NCBI GenBank assembly: GCA_003427395.1 | Contig: BFEA01000015.1 | Coordinates: forward strand, 180,954-244,953 | DNA from: Chara braunii | Lineage: Eukaryota > Plantae > Charophyceae | DNA length: 64,000 bases | Direction of reading: 5' to 3' | Part shown: positions 38,747-50,617 of the stretch, piece by piece | Position numbering within the stretch: the stretch's first letter is position 1 | How the letters are laid out: each line of letters starts with the position of its first letter | Translations under genes and position numbers: made by a program | The notes under the pieces: model-generated | What the model was told of the DNA's origin: nothing | Databases searched by the model: none | What the model saw: the letters and a program-made list of their open reading frames with translations, nothing else

Positions 38747-39813
38747 AGTTGTGAGGATTCGGATCCTCGGCAGGCCTGAGGGGCCCCTGTTGCATCCGTG
38801 CCCACCCTAAGTGAAGGCGGGCCTAACAAATCACGAGAGGCCCCCGACTGGCAATTTCATATTTGGGGTCCAGGCAGTTTCGTCACGCCAGTTGGTTGAA
38901 GGAAACACAGACCGAGCAGTGACGAAAAAGATCCCAGGCCTTCCAGGCCTTTCCAAAATGATGCAGGCCCTGGACGAGAATCGCAGCCTCATACACAGAC
39001 AGTTGGGAGGCCCAACCAAACGCGGCCCAGTAGCTGCAAGAGAGGCGCAGCATCCTGGGGCCTACCGGAAGCTTATGGGCCCAGGCCAGCCCAGCCAGGC
39101 TGCCGAATGAGGCAGGCTCTTTCCATATAGGAAAGAGCTCGCTGCCTGGCAAGTCATTCGGGCACTCGCATGCTAGCGGCAGTGCTGCTGGAGCGGACGC
39201 TCGTGGGCTGCTGCCAGCGCTGAGAGGCGAGGTGCAAGCGCGTGTGGTCGTGCAAGAAGCAGGGCGCTGCTGAGGGCAGCGTCATAGCCCAGCCTCCATA
39301 GCTGACTGACGGCTTGGATGTACAGTGAGGTGCAGGGGTGGTCTTCGGGTGTACAAAGGGAAGACGTGGGAGTAAGACGAGGGGGAGAGAGAGAGAGAGA
39401 GAAGGATGATGATGATGATGTGAGGGCACATACATGGTATTGGCAATGATCTGCATGGGCGACATCTTCAAGTACTTCGGAGGCTGCTGACGTCAACAGT
39501 TGCATAGTCAATTAGTAGGCTAGTAGTAGCTGTGTAGGGAGTAGGCTGGGCGCCGAGCGCCAAGTAGGGAGAAAGGGACTGGATACATGTGTTGGTGGTG
39601 GCGAGAGCAAGCTCTCATTGACATTAGTTTTCAGTGCTACGATTCTCCATTGGTGTTGTATTGGTGCAATGCTGCTTTCTGAACACTGTGATATGATCTG
39701 GCTTTTAAATTTTAATGTGATTGTGCAATCTGAATATTGTCATCTCGCTATTGCTCATTTTCCTTGCATGGTTCACTTTTTGGAAAATATCCAATTTTGA
39801 CGAAATGTGTGTT
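38747..39813 (-). mobile_element. Dispersed repeat (inverted homologue of 3182-3836) ending in a TIR-like sequence
   Basis: Homology over 38747-39625. 39795-39813 (TTTTGACGAAATGTGTGTT) matches the 10204-10776 MITE terminus (TTTTGACGAAATGGCTGTT) at 17 of 19 positions. Confidence 0.7.
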
Positions 39814-41419
39814 GAGAACAGGGAGGAAAAAATCGAACTTCACAGGGTTCTCCGTACTCACCAACAGACCAGACTAGAGGCCAGTCCGTTTTCGGGATTG
39901 CTGACATTTTTGGTTAAGAATCCTAGGATCAAGTGTAGTATCTGTTCTGATCAGTTTGATAACTGATCTGTGGTCCGGAGCAAGCGGAAGAAAACAAGAA
40001 AGAAGTTGAGCAGCGGGTGTGGCCTATGATAAATGGCCACCTCTGCAGACTGGACAGGACCGGTTCGGGTGTTGACTATGGAAACACGGCATCCAGTTCT
40101 CGCAGTTGCAGCACAATCAGCCTCTCCATGCTTGTTCCGCAATGATGGCCATACTCGTACTCTGTGCTAGGAACAAGGCACAGCTTCGCTGCGAACAGAA
40201 GACGAAGTCCTACATTCATCACCGGCAAAATGACAGGTAAACAGTGCTACACACCTGTGCTACCTGACAGTGTAGTCTATTTTTGTCTAAAGCATGGCAA
40301 AGGCTCGCGCCGAACAGCGAAGCACAAGAAGTAAGAAAAAAGACATTGGATACAGGTGATAGGACTGATACGGGCATACCGGACAGCAGTCGAAGGCACC
40401 AACAAGCGCCCCCGTCGATGGGGAAGCAGGGGTTATGCTAAGGAAGAAGAACAAAGAGGTAGTTTGGGGTGGGTCCTGTGAGCGTCAAAAAAAAAAAAAA
40501 AGAAAAAAAAAAAAAGACTGATAACTTGATAACGGCATACTCACACTAACACTTTTCTCAATGTATACGACCCTATTTCTGGCCAGACCTGGATGCATCC
40601 GGGAGCAATCATGTCCAGAGCTGAGCCGAAAATGTCCTAGTGTGAGTATGCCCTAAGTATGGTAAACGTGTGGTCTACAACAGCAATCCTCTGAACCCTC
40701 ATAGTTGTAGGCACTACAGATGCGACATTGACGAACAATGCAAACAACCCGTGAGGACTTAACACTTTTCTTAAATAGACCCATCCAAAAGCACAGAGGC
40801 ATGAAGGTCACACCGAGGTACACCACCCACCAAAGCCACTGCTGTCTTTCCCAAAGCAGAACATAATGGTTTTCGAAACTGTATTTGGGGCAGCTTCCAG
40901 TCTGCATACAGCGATAAGGACCACACGTTCTATTCGGATTCGGGTGACACCCGGCGACTGCACCGGTTTACACAGGGACAGTGGATTTGTTTGGACCACT
41001 GGACCAGCTCAGCTGGTGTTAACCTCGAGAAAGGCAATTCAGAAATTTCAGATGTCCTGGGTGGGGAGAAACTGAGAAGTCACCAACTTACGCTCAGCCA
41101 AAGTGATGGTTTACGCCGCCTGCTCCATATAGAGGACTGTCCCAAAAGAGGGGCGTCAGCTTGAGTACAGAAAAAAAAACAGTCATCATCAGCGTTCCGA
41201 CAGAGATCACTAACATCAGACCAACAAAGCATTCCCCACAACCAAAATGCCAATCACACGCAAACTGAAATTCACGAAGCTCTGAAAATTAAAAAAAAAA
41301 AAAAATCACAAAGCTCATCACACAGAAGCTGAACTTAACATCATGGGTTCCACATCTGCATGTCACCTTGTGAATCTGCCTGCCTGTCCATCGATCACAC
41401 TATCTATCTGTCTCTTTGA

Positions 41420-41608
41420 CCCCCACCTTCCTATTGCACATAGGTTTGCAACTTAATAGAGCTTTATCCATCATTCTAGTCCCCCCACCTTCCTATTGCA
41501 CATAGGTTAGCAACTTAATAGAGCTTTATCCATCATTCTAGTCTCCCCACCTTCCTATTGCACATAGGTTTGCAACTTAATAGAGCTTTATCCATCATTT
41601 TAGTCCCC
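41420..41608. repeat. ~62-bp tandem repeat, 3 copies
   Basis: cccccaccttcctattgcacataggtttgcaacttaatagagctttatccatcattctagt, nearly identical three times. Confidence 0.95.
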
Positions 41609-41959
41609 AGATTTCACTAATTCCACTACCACAGCATGCCCACCAGAAATGTTACCAATCGCACTTTTTTTTTTGGCAGCCATTAAGATTGTCGCGATCA
41701 CCCGCTGCTTTCAACATTATCACGCAGAACAACACAGGCAATACACCACATGGTGAATAATAAAGGAGACTTACAGCATAAAATACCACATAAAAAGAGC
41801 TGAATGAATCATAACCACTACCTCATCCATCTTGGCCAGTCAAATAATTGCCATTTCACTCCAACCAAAGCCGGTCAAGACTGGGAAAGCTAGGCTGTGC
41901 ATAAATTAGACAGTCTTCTCCATCCCTTGCAGTCCCCTCCTCTCCATCCCCCTTTCCTC

Positions 41960-42017
<58 letters not shown>

Positions 42018-45000
42018 GTGCATGCATACACAAACACTTGTTGCATCCCTCTCCACTTCACATCCAGTGTGTCACTGGCTGGAGGTTTGCAGCTGTCTTT
42101 TTTCCACTTCCCTTTTGTCCTCTGTCGGTTTCAGTATCAGGTAAGCATGCACAAGTGAAAAGTCGTGTCAGGAATTCCCATGAGTTGCAAAAAGATGCCT
42201 ACTTTTGGAAAAAGTGCTGCTCAGGAGGTGAACACATACATATTTTCGGAAAAAGAGCCAATCAGGAGCTCAATACATACGTATGAGGAGAAGACAAAGG
42301 ATGAACCCATCAAATGCCCTCACTCACCTCTCCAGACTGCAGTCAACTGAGACCATAGGATGCAATAGGCAAAAGTGACTCGGCCCAAATGTCCCTTTCT
42401 CATTCATGAGTTTCTACGACTTCTACAGAAATATATTAAATGGCGATGCACGGACACACACAAGACCGATAATAAATAAATAAAAGAAGAAGACACCACT
42501 CTGGAAGAGTCCTCCCTTCCCTTCCTTCCCATAATTGCTTCTACTAATATGTTTTTGAATCGTTCATACCGTGATTGTTTCCCACAGGAAATTACACGCT
42601 TTGGTGGACCTGCAAAGCCACAAACAGATAGACGTTTCAGAAATTAGTTACGTCGACACTGAGTGAACAAAACAGAATAGGTAGATCCAGCAATCACTTG
42701 ATTGATAGACACTATACAAGGGAATAGAGTGTGCACGGACAGACGGACATAAAGAAAGTTAAAAATAGATAGGCAAAAAGATAAGATATAGATATACGAA
42801 GATCCAGCGATCACTTGATCTGTAGGCTTTATACATGTGAATAGAGTGTGGGCAGAGGCGCCGACGCCAATAAGAATAGAAAGGTTAAGTGGATGAGAAC
42901 AGACCGATAAACAGATAGATATATAGCCGACTATGTGAACAGATGGATGGGTAGATGGATGATTGCAAGGTAAGAGAAAATCATATGATGATTAGATACC
43001 AGGTAGTTGATATACACTGATGGATATACGTGTCACAAAGAGGGAGAGAGATAGAGCTAAGAGCTAATAGGTTAGATAGGTAGTCAAAGATGCTGGAAGC
43101 CTGGAAATGAATAATCGGCACCGATTGACCGATCGATACCCATCAACATTATATATATATAAATATAAATAATACAAGCTGATTCCAGATGGACAACAGA
43201 TAGATATAGACTCACAGGGGAATACATAGACAAATTGATATGCGGATAGGTAGGTGCGTGCCGCGCGGGTATGTAGTTGGGCAGGTTCAGTACCTAGGGT
43301 ACTAGGGGTGGTAGATAGTCTTGACAGCTACTAGCTAGCATAGTAGGTAAGGTGGTAGGTGGGTAGGTGGGAATGTGCAGAGGAAGGTAAGTATGGGTAC
43401 ATAGATGAGTGGTTCGGCGGCAGGCAGAAGGTCCGGTAGGCATGATGGTAAATGGGTAGGCGGTCAGGAATGCGAGTACTTAGCCAGAGACAGCCATAAG
43501 AGGGGTAGATAGATGGACAAACAGATGGACACATGAAGATATAGCCTGAGATAGGTACTTGAAGAAAAGAAATTATCCAGGAATTTACATTGAACTTTCC
43601 CTCGCGCCTTGGCAAGCGTTAGGGGTCACAAAAGGAAATGGCAGAGCACCAGGCAAGGCACCCTGCCAGGCATGACAGAAAGGTCTTTGCATAGGCCTTT
43701 CCCAACACATATGGTTCCCCGCCGGTCCACCATCCACCACAACCAGCGTGCCGTAATCCACTTCTCCAGCAAACCCACTAATGAGGCAAGCAAAACATGC
43801 TCTTTACTCTCTTCCCCTATGCCTGACTGGCATCAGCCACGCTGCTCTTCCCCTCCACAGAGAATCAGCACTCTCTGTCCCACCTCCACAGAGAATCAGC
43901 AATCTCTGTCCCAGAGGAACATGTCACTTAACCCCTTACTGACAGCGAGACGGTTCCATAAGTGCAGTTGTACTCATGAGTAGAAGAGTTCTGCTCTCTT
44001 CATAGTAATCGCCAGCATTTGCCAATGAAGCCACCATGGTATGTCAGGAGCGTACTCTCGTGGTCGCCTGAGAATTCAACACTCTAATGAATCTCAGAAC
44101 GCACAGCGAACAGACCTGAACTAATCAGGGAGCACGGAGAAAAAGGGTCCGTAAAAACTTGCACCCTATCCCGTTCACCATTGACTTGCTGCATCAAGAA
44201 GGTTTTGCTCCTTCCTTCCCGAGCTTCCCACCAAACCACGATTTCTCCCCTTTGCACGCAACCACACGAGAATCTGGGTCTTCCTGAGATGGATTGAGCT
44301 TTGTGCAGCACACAGCCAACCTACCCTATTCAGCAACTTCCAATCTATCTAGACTCGGCCACAACCTCCGTGCGGGCAAGTGTGGATCGAAAACGTAAGC
44401 CGGCATGAACATCCTTGAGGTGATTTTCATGCTTGCAAGAACGAACGATCCACTGAGCCTATTTACCGACTCAGTGTGTGTCCACAGCCTGCTGAAGGAC
44501 AGGCAAGAATGACCATGACAGCTGAAAAGATGGACATACAAGCGCAGGCCAGCTGTAGTGGGCAGTTATGGACATCACACAGTAGCCTTGGCGGGGCACT
44601 GGCGAGCACTTTCTCATTCACCTGAAGTCTACCGCAACCAGACGTCCGCTTGACAATGTGTGGATTCTGTCCAGTTCCCCAACTGAAGGAGCTCATCTTC
44701 TTCGCAAACCTATTCAGAATCTGTAGCTTCGGACAGCATGGCCGCAACTGCTGCTACAGCAACAGTCATTCCAGAATGCAAACACACAATGGGTCTCAAG
44801 GCAAAAAAGGGCTGGGCGGGCGGTCGTCTCGTGAAGATCCGTGGTCTGACAAACCAGAATGACGCTGGTGCCAAACTGACCTGACAGCAGTCTTATCAGA
44901 AGAGACTTTTTGGAAAGACAAAGATGACCACCACCTGAAAAAGATGCACTGGGGGCACCTTCATGACCCTGACCCGCTCCGCAACATTTATCAAGGGCGA

Positions 45001-45600
45001 CCGCCATTTCCTCCATGAGTACAGTTAAGTACACATTCAGCATTACTGCTTCTGTAGTCATGTGTGACAAAGCATCCACCTTTTGCAGAGAGCCACAGTG
45101 TGTCATCCATCCACCAGCTGAGACTGCTGTACACCAATCGACAAGCATCTGCGGTAACCCAGGAATATCGAACAGCATCTGCATGGTATACACCGCTTCT
45201 GCCATAGTCAAGACCAGTTGCAGATCCGTATAACCACCGCTTTAGGGAAAGGCGGGCCCCCGCCCTTACAAGTTGGCTGCACTGAAAATTCAACACAAAC
45301 TAACAGGGCTGTGAAATCATTCATCCAGCACAGACTGTTTGCTCACAGCCTCCTGAATTCTAAGAGACTCGTCCGCGCCCTTAGAAGGTAGAAGGTGTAA
45401 GCCTCCTGAATTCTGGGAGGCTGAGAATTTCCCACTCGGCAGCCGAGCTCCAGGACACATAACGCCTGCCTGGGAGGGTCTCCTTTTTCTGAAAATATTC
45501 ACAACGACGAGCCAGGATTTTCCCCTGCTGAACACCCAGAAACCAGAATGGTACCTTGCTTTGCTAGTCTCAGCAGGTCACTTTCGCAGGTAGTGATGGC

Positions 45601-47151
45601 TTAATTGGCCCTCCATCCACAAGCCACTGGGTCCGTGTTGCTTGGAGGAGGATTAGCAGAAGGGTCGTAGAGTGAAGGAAGTGTGTCTTCAGCCATCATG
45701 CGCAACAAAGAGGAGAAAGTGTCGAACCCAGAGCTCCCGATGGCATTTGACACTGTGTTGTTTGGTAGGTTCCCGCCCATACTTCCACCCAACACCAGTC
45801 CTGAGGAAAACATTGGTGGTGGGCTCATGAATGTCTGCACTAAATGTAGCTGGCAAGGATCCCAGTACCCTGTCCCAGTACCTGTGTTTCCAGAATCACG
45901 TGGAGAAGATAGGAGAGGCGCGAGAGAGGAGGCATTTGCCGATGGAGCTGCCGTAGAACGGGAACCCAAACTAGTTGGCATTCTCATACCTATGCCAGCA
46001 CGCACACATGTCAGAAGAGGGTTCTCTGGAACAATTAGGTTCATTGGCCTGTGAATGGTTGTGTCGACATCAGCAGGTTTGCCCGTGGACCCTGCAGGCA
46101 AGGGCATTGGAACAGGGATCGGCATATTTGGCAGTCCTGTATTCCATCGACCCATCTCCTTCTGCGCCCCTGATTCATTGAGACCCCTGCCAGAAGAGCT
46201 AGCCAAAAGAAGCTTCATCAAGATGTCCTCAGCTGCAACCTCAGACTCTAGATTTGTCATCTCCTCTTTTGAAGGCACCAAAGGAGCCAAAGTTGATGGA
46301 TTGGCTGCGCCAGTGCTGCTTTCCATGATTATGTTTCGTTCCTGCTCGCTTTGCCCTCCATTTGCAATGCCATAATCAGAATCCTCGTCCTCCGACTCCA
46401 GAGGCGGTGGGCTGTTCCTGCCAAGAGCTTGCAAGAGTCCCTCCAGTGAGCCATGCGCCGGTATGCTTCGTGTCTCTTGCTTGCATCGCTTGATGATACT
46501 CCGATTGCGACAGACGTTCGAGGATGGTGGGCAACCAGACGGCGGTGAGACTGCTGCTGGACAGTTGCCGTCACTCTTGCTAATTGCATTAACAGGCTCA
46601 CCAGGCACGGTCGGCGATAAGCATTGGTCTGATTCAGGAACGCGTGTACAGGGAAGACCCAATCCCGGCATTTGAACTGGAGTTGCTTGTGCCTCAAATG
46701 GACGTGCTGCCCTACCGCCACTCTGAGTCAAGGAACAAATACCAGAGCCTGCTGAGGTTGTACCACCACTCGATATCGAGGACACGGTCGCTCTTGATGT
46801 TCCGAGAGTACTGCTGCTGCCAAACAGCGCTGCAGCATCATCTGTATCAATCCTCATTGCAGATGACACATCACCACCCGGCAGCGTGCACCCAGAACTT
46901 CCATAGCCATTTGGTCCTATTTGACGAGGGCGCTTCCGCAGTGAGCCACAAACTGGCATGGGAAACTGCTGCAGTGGAAGAGCAAGCGATCCTCCAGCTG
47001 ATTGCTTGGACAACTGTTGACAGCCCTGTCTCTCACTTGCACTTCCCATGGAATCTATGACCTGTTGAGGCCTTGCCTTTGATACCAAGTCCTGGTTTAC
47101 CTGGCGATTTAAATCTGAGGCGCTGCCAGATATCAACCCATTGCTTCCAAG
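45601..47151 (-). CDS. Probable large (last) coding exon of an unknown low-complexity S/G/P-rich host protein
   Basis: Stop-free frame of more than 500 codons. Pyrimidine tract plus CAG acceptor at 47152-47154, phase 0. NLS-like RKRPR. No recognisable domain. Confidence 0.6.
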   Translation of the reverse strand, partial: LGSNGLISGSASDLNRQVNQDLVSKARPQQVIDSMGSASERQGCQQLSKQSAGGSLALPLQQFPMPVCGSLRKRPRQIGPNGYGSSGCTLPGGDVSSAMRIDTDDAAALFGSSSTLGTSRATVSSISSGGTTSAGSGICSLTQSGGRAARPFEAQATPVQMPGLGLPCTRVPESDQCLSPTVPGEPVNAISKSDGNCPAAVSPPSGCPPSSNVCRNRSIIKRCKQETRSIPAHGSLEGLLQALGRNSPPPLESEDEDSDYGIANGGQSEQERNIIMESSTGAANPSTLAPLVPSKEEMTNLESEVAAEDILMKLLLASSSGRGLNESGAQKEMGRWNTGLPNMPIPVPMPLPAGSTGKPADVDTTIHRPMNLIVPENPLLTCVRAGIGMRMPTSLGSRSTAAPSANASSLAPLLSSPRDSGNTGTGTGYWDPCQLHLVQTFMSPPPMFSSGLVLGGSMGGNLPNNTVSNAIGSSGFDTFSSLLRMMAEDTLPSLYDPSANPPPSNTDPVACGWRAN

Positions 47152-48096
47152 CTGGTCCAAACAAGACAGCCAGCCAGACAAACAGAAGACATGCCACGTC
47201 AAGAGAGTTTTTTTTTCAATTAAGAGGGTAGCTCCTCGTAGTCTTGTATCTGTTCGATTCGAGCGGGATTCCACTTCACGGCCAGTTTTCTAACAATGAC
47301 GCGTGTATCGTTCTGCCACATTGGCTTGGCTAATGCTGGGTTAAACAACCAGTACTTGCCCCACTACACAGCCACAGGTCAGCCCAGGGGCCCTGCGACT
47401 TTCGGGGGTCCGAGCCGCTTGGAAGGCTGTTGATGACATGGCCGCTTCAACTGCCGAAGGTCGCGGCCTATACACGGCCCAGCTTAAACAAAATAACTGG
47501 GCCAAGTACTGGTGTGGGCGAGGAGGCGAGAGGGGAGGGGGCCTGATTAAGCTGATGTTAACAGCTACTCCAGTACAGATTTGTGTAATCAAGATTTGTT
47601 CCCTCGATTGAAGTTGCTTGTTTTCAGTACCGTGAAAGTTGAAGAGAACACCTTCTTCAATGCGGTCTCTTTTAATGGTTCTCGAAGCTCAGCATTTTGC
47701 ATCAGAGATAGTATAGGACAAGTAGCCACTGTTGCAAATGAGAACTATCTTTAGCGAACAGCTTGTCACATGTCAGCACATTGATCTCCCCCTTTCCACT
47801 CCAATCGAGCTATAACATGGTCAAAGCCGTTGGATGAGAAATCGATACTGCAGCAGTAACACTGTTAGCAAAACAAAAAAGATCACTAGCTCCAAATGAC
47901 GGGGCCGGCATGGATGGAACCGGCAATCCTGAGGCTGGTACGCTGATACCAACATGCAAGCATGCAAGCTGCGACGAAGAGTCAAATCGCATGTGAGCAT
48001 GATAATGCCACGGTGCCACCATCTCTTTCACGGGAAACGGTCATTACTAAGATGCAAAACTCAACACCAAGCATGTCACAGAAAGAGGATGACATC

Positions 48097-48158
48097 GCCC
48101 GCGCGCAAGGATGACACACAGAAATCAATAAACGGTCTAAATGATTAAAAAAAAAAAA
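48097..48158 (+). ncRNA. U6: 5'-truncated U6 snRNA retrocopy with A-tail
   Basis: gcgcaaggatgacacacagaaatcaataaacggtctaaat resembles the plant U6 3' end GCGCAAGGATGACACGCA.AAATCGAGAAATGGTCCAAAT and is followed by an A run. Possible degenerate TSD (aggatgaca / aggataaca). Confidence 0.75.
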
Positions 48159-48631
48159 GAAGGATAACAGAGAAAAGGGCAATCCCTCACACTAGTGACA
48201 CCCAATCCCTCACACTAGTGACACCATACCAGATCAAACAAACAGAACAGGAAGAAAGAGAGGTCTGTTATATCCTTCCCGAAAGGATCCCACATAAGTA
48301 TACTGTGAAGTCCTTTTTTCGTTGAGGCCACAGAAGCACACTGTTCTATGTGTTATTCCATTTTGCAGTTTCACGATGCTCAAAGTTTGGCGGACACCTC
48401 AAGGCTTATGTACCACATAGGAAAGAGAGATGCGAATAGTACAACAGATTCATAGCTAAACAAGTGGTAAAAAGCCATAAAACCGAGGATACCAGGCCAG
48501 GCGCCCAGGCTGCCCCAATGGCCCGATCGTGCAAGGTCCCAGGTAAGGTCCTGGGCATCGCCGGACAAAGTAGAAACAAGTTAAAGCAATCAGACACTAC
48601 TCCTCGGGCCTTTGTCTCGGAATGTACAAAG

Positions 48632-49043
48632 CATGGCTACCATCCGGACAGGCGTCCAGACGGTCTGCTGTCCGGTGTCTAGACGTCGGACCGTAGGAGG
48701 CCCGTCCGGAAGGGGCCGAAAGCCCAAAATTCAGAACAAAAGGGGGGCACCTTAGACCTGTTCCTTAGGTCCAGGGCGCCCCCCGAAAAATGTTTTGATG
48801 ACTTTAGGGGCCGGTATCGGCCGTACAGGGTGGCCGGACTGGCCCCTTTTCTACTTGCATCCTGGGCAGACTGTTGGAGGCAGAGCGCGGTTCCCCAGTG
48901 ATGAAAGGAAAAAAAATGTGGACCTAGGCACTTCAGAGTGCTTTGCCCCCCACCTGCCGCACCGACACACACACACACACAGAGGGAGAGGGAGAGAGAG
49001 CCCTCATTACCTTTGTGGACTGGTGAGCGCATGTGCGCACATG

Positions 49044-49122
<79 letters not shown>

Positions 49123-49526
49123 TTTGAACTCGGACTTCGAACTTTGAAATTTAAATTCTGAACTGCTACAGTCTTGAACTTTATTTAATATGTACATTTA
49201 TTCAAGTATACTGAGGAGTGCTCTATTTTTTGTTTCTTCACTTTTTCTTCCCTTGCAGCAGTTTGTGCTTTGCGTTGACTGTGCCAGCACAGTGTACGTC
49301 AAGGAATGATCATTCATGTTTGTCATATATGCCAACAGCTATGTCTTCCTGGAACACTTCCCCTTAAGTCAAGGTTATACGATGAAACTGCATTCAACAT
49401 GCATAAGAGACCTGCCAGTTTTTTCTTTTTTTTTTCAATCCGGAAATCCGGACGTCCAGATCATATCCGGACTGACCGGTTGTCTGGGTCCGGATCTGTC
49501 CGGTGTCCGGGTCCACGGTAGCCATG
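48632..49526. mobile_element. hAT-like MITE with 8-bp TSD GTACAAAG
   Basis: TIR CATGGCTACC / GGTAGCCATG. TSD at 48624-48631 and 49527-49534. TCCGG subterminal repeats. Confidence 0.95.
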
Positions 49527-49690
49527 GTACAAAGACTCGATGCACGACATGAAGTTAGCACAGAGACCTCGACCCCAGTGGTCCTATGTCTGTGCTAAAA
49601 ACCAGGGCCTCTTTACGACTAGGTTCAAGCTTTTTTGTGCGAAAACAGCACCACAGGAAATTGGCCCTAAGCAGTCAGATATATACTCAC

Positions 49691-50617
49691 CGGCTCCACT
49701 CCTAGTTTCCCCTGTGGTAATGGCCTTGTTCCACAAGGATAGCCTTCCCCACGCACAGAATCAAGGTCCCACAGTCTGTCATTTGACACACCGTTGGTCA
49801 TAGATGGTTGTCCCGCAAGCATTCCAGGGTCTGCTGACGTTTCCTCGGCACATTTCATAGGCCTGATGCTCGACACTCCCTTTGAGAGCAGTATTGACGC
49901 GAGGGTCGACCCTCCCAGCATCGGCAATGATGTGTCAGTCTGAACGGCCAGGGCTGATCCTTGACCGCAGACGGACATGTGTTGCTGAAGGCTTCGCAGC
50001 TGCTGCTCATTCAAATTTTCCTGCTGCTGTTGCTTTTGCTGCTCTTGCTGCTGCAGATCCATCACAGACACACCTGACACATCGGTCATGGCCCCCGCGT
50101 TTGCAAGACCGGCTGTAGCCATTCCACTCACATTCACTTCTCGTCCCAAAGCTGGTCCTCCAGCTCCAAGGCACAACGAGGTAGCAAAGTCGACCGAGGT
50201 TGGCGCGGACACAGCCGCCTGTTCAGCCGATGGCCTTGTCACTCCCCCTAGGCCTCCAACTGCATGACCAATGCCTGAATGCCGCCCAATATCCGAAAAG
50301 CTTGTCCCGCACGGCCTTTGTTCCATACCAAGGGTTGGCAATTGTGAATTCATAGCTGAAGATACCACAGGTTCTAACTGATGCTGCTGGTGTAAGGCCT
50401 CCTTGGTGGCGCCAGGAACCCCTCTTCCATTTGGTTGCATGAAGTTCCCTTTCTCACAATTCCTCTGCACACTCGCCATCATAAGGTCCTGAAACAATGA
50501 CATTTGGCCTGCCATGCCGCCGAACATCATTGTTGACCTGCTCGGCAGGCTTCCATCCACAAATGAAGGACCCCAAGGCCCTTGCTGCTTGCGTAAATTA
50601 GCCAGCATGGCATCCGT
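49691..50617 (-). CDS. Probable coding exon (Q/G/A-rich) of the same host gene
   Basis: Open frame of ~310 codons with poly-Q. Donor GTGAGT at 49690 in phase 0 is compatible with the 47151 acceptor. A TAG acceptor candidate lies at 50618-50620. Confidence 0.58.

Noticed and set aside
44714-45211. 165-aa ORF as a further exon of the host gene
   Set aside because: It lies beyond the in-frame stop at 45601-45603 and no convincing splice sites were found; unresolved.
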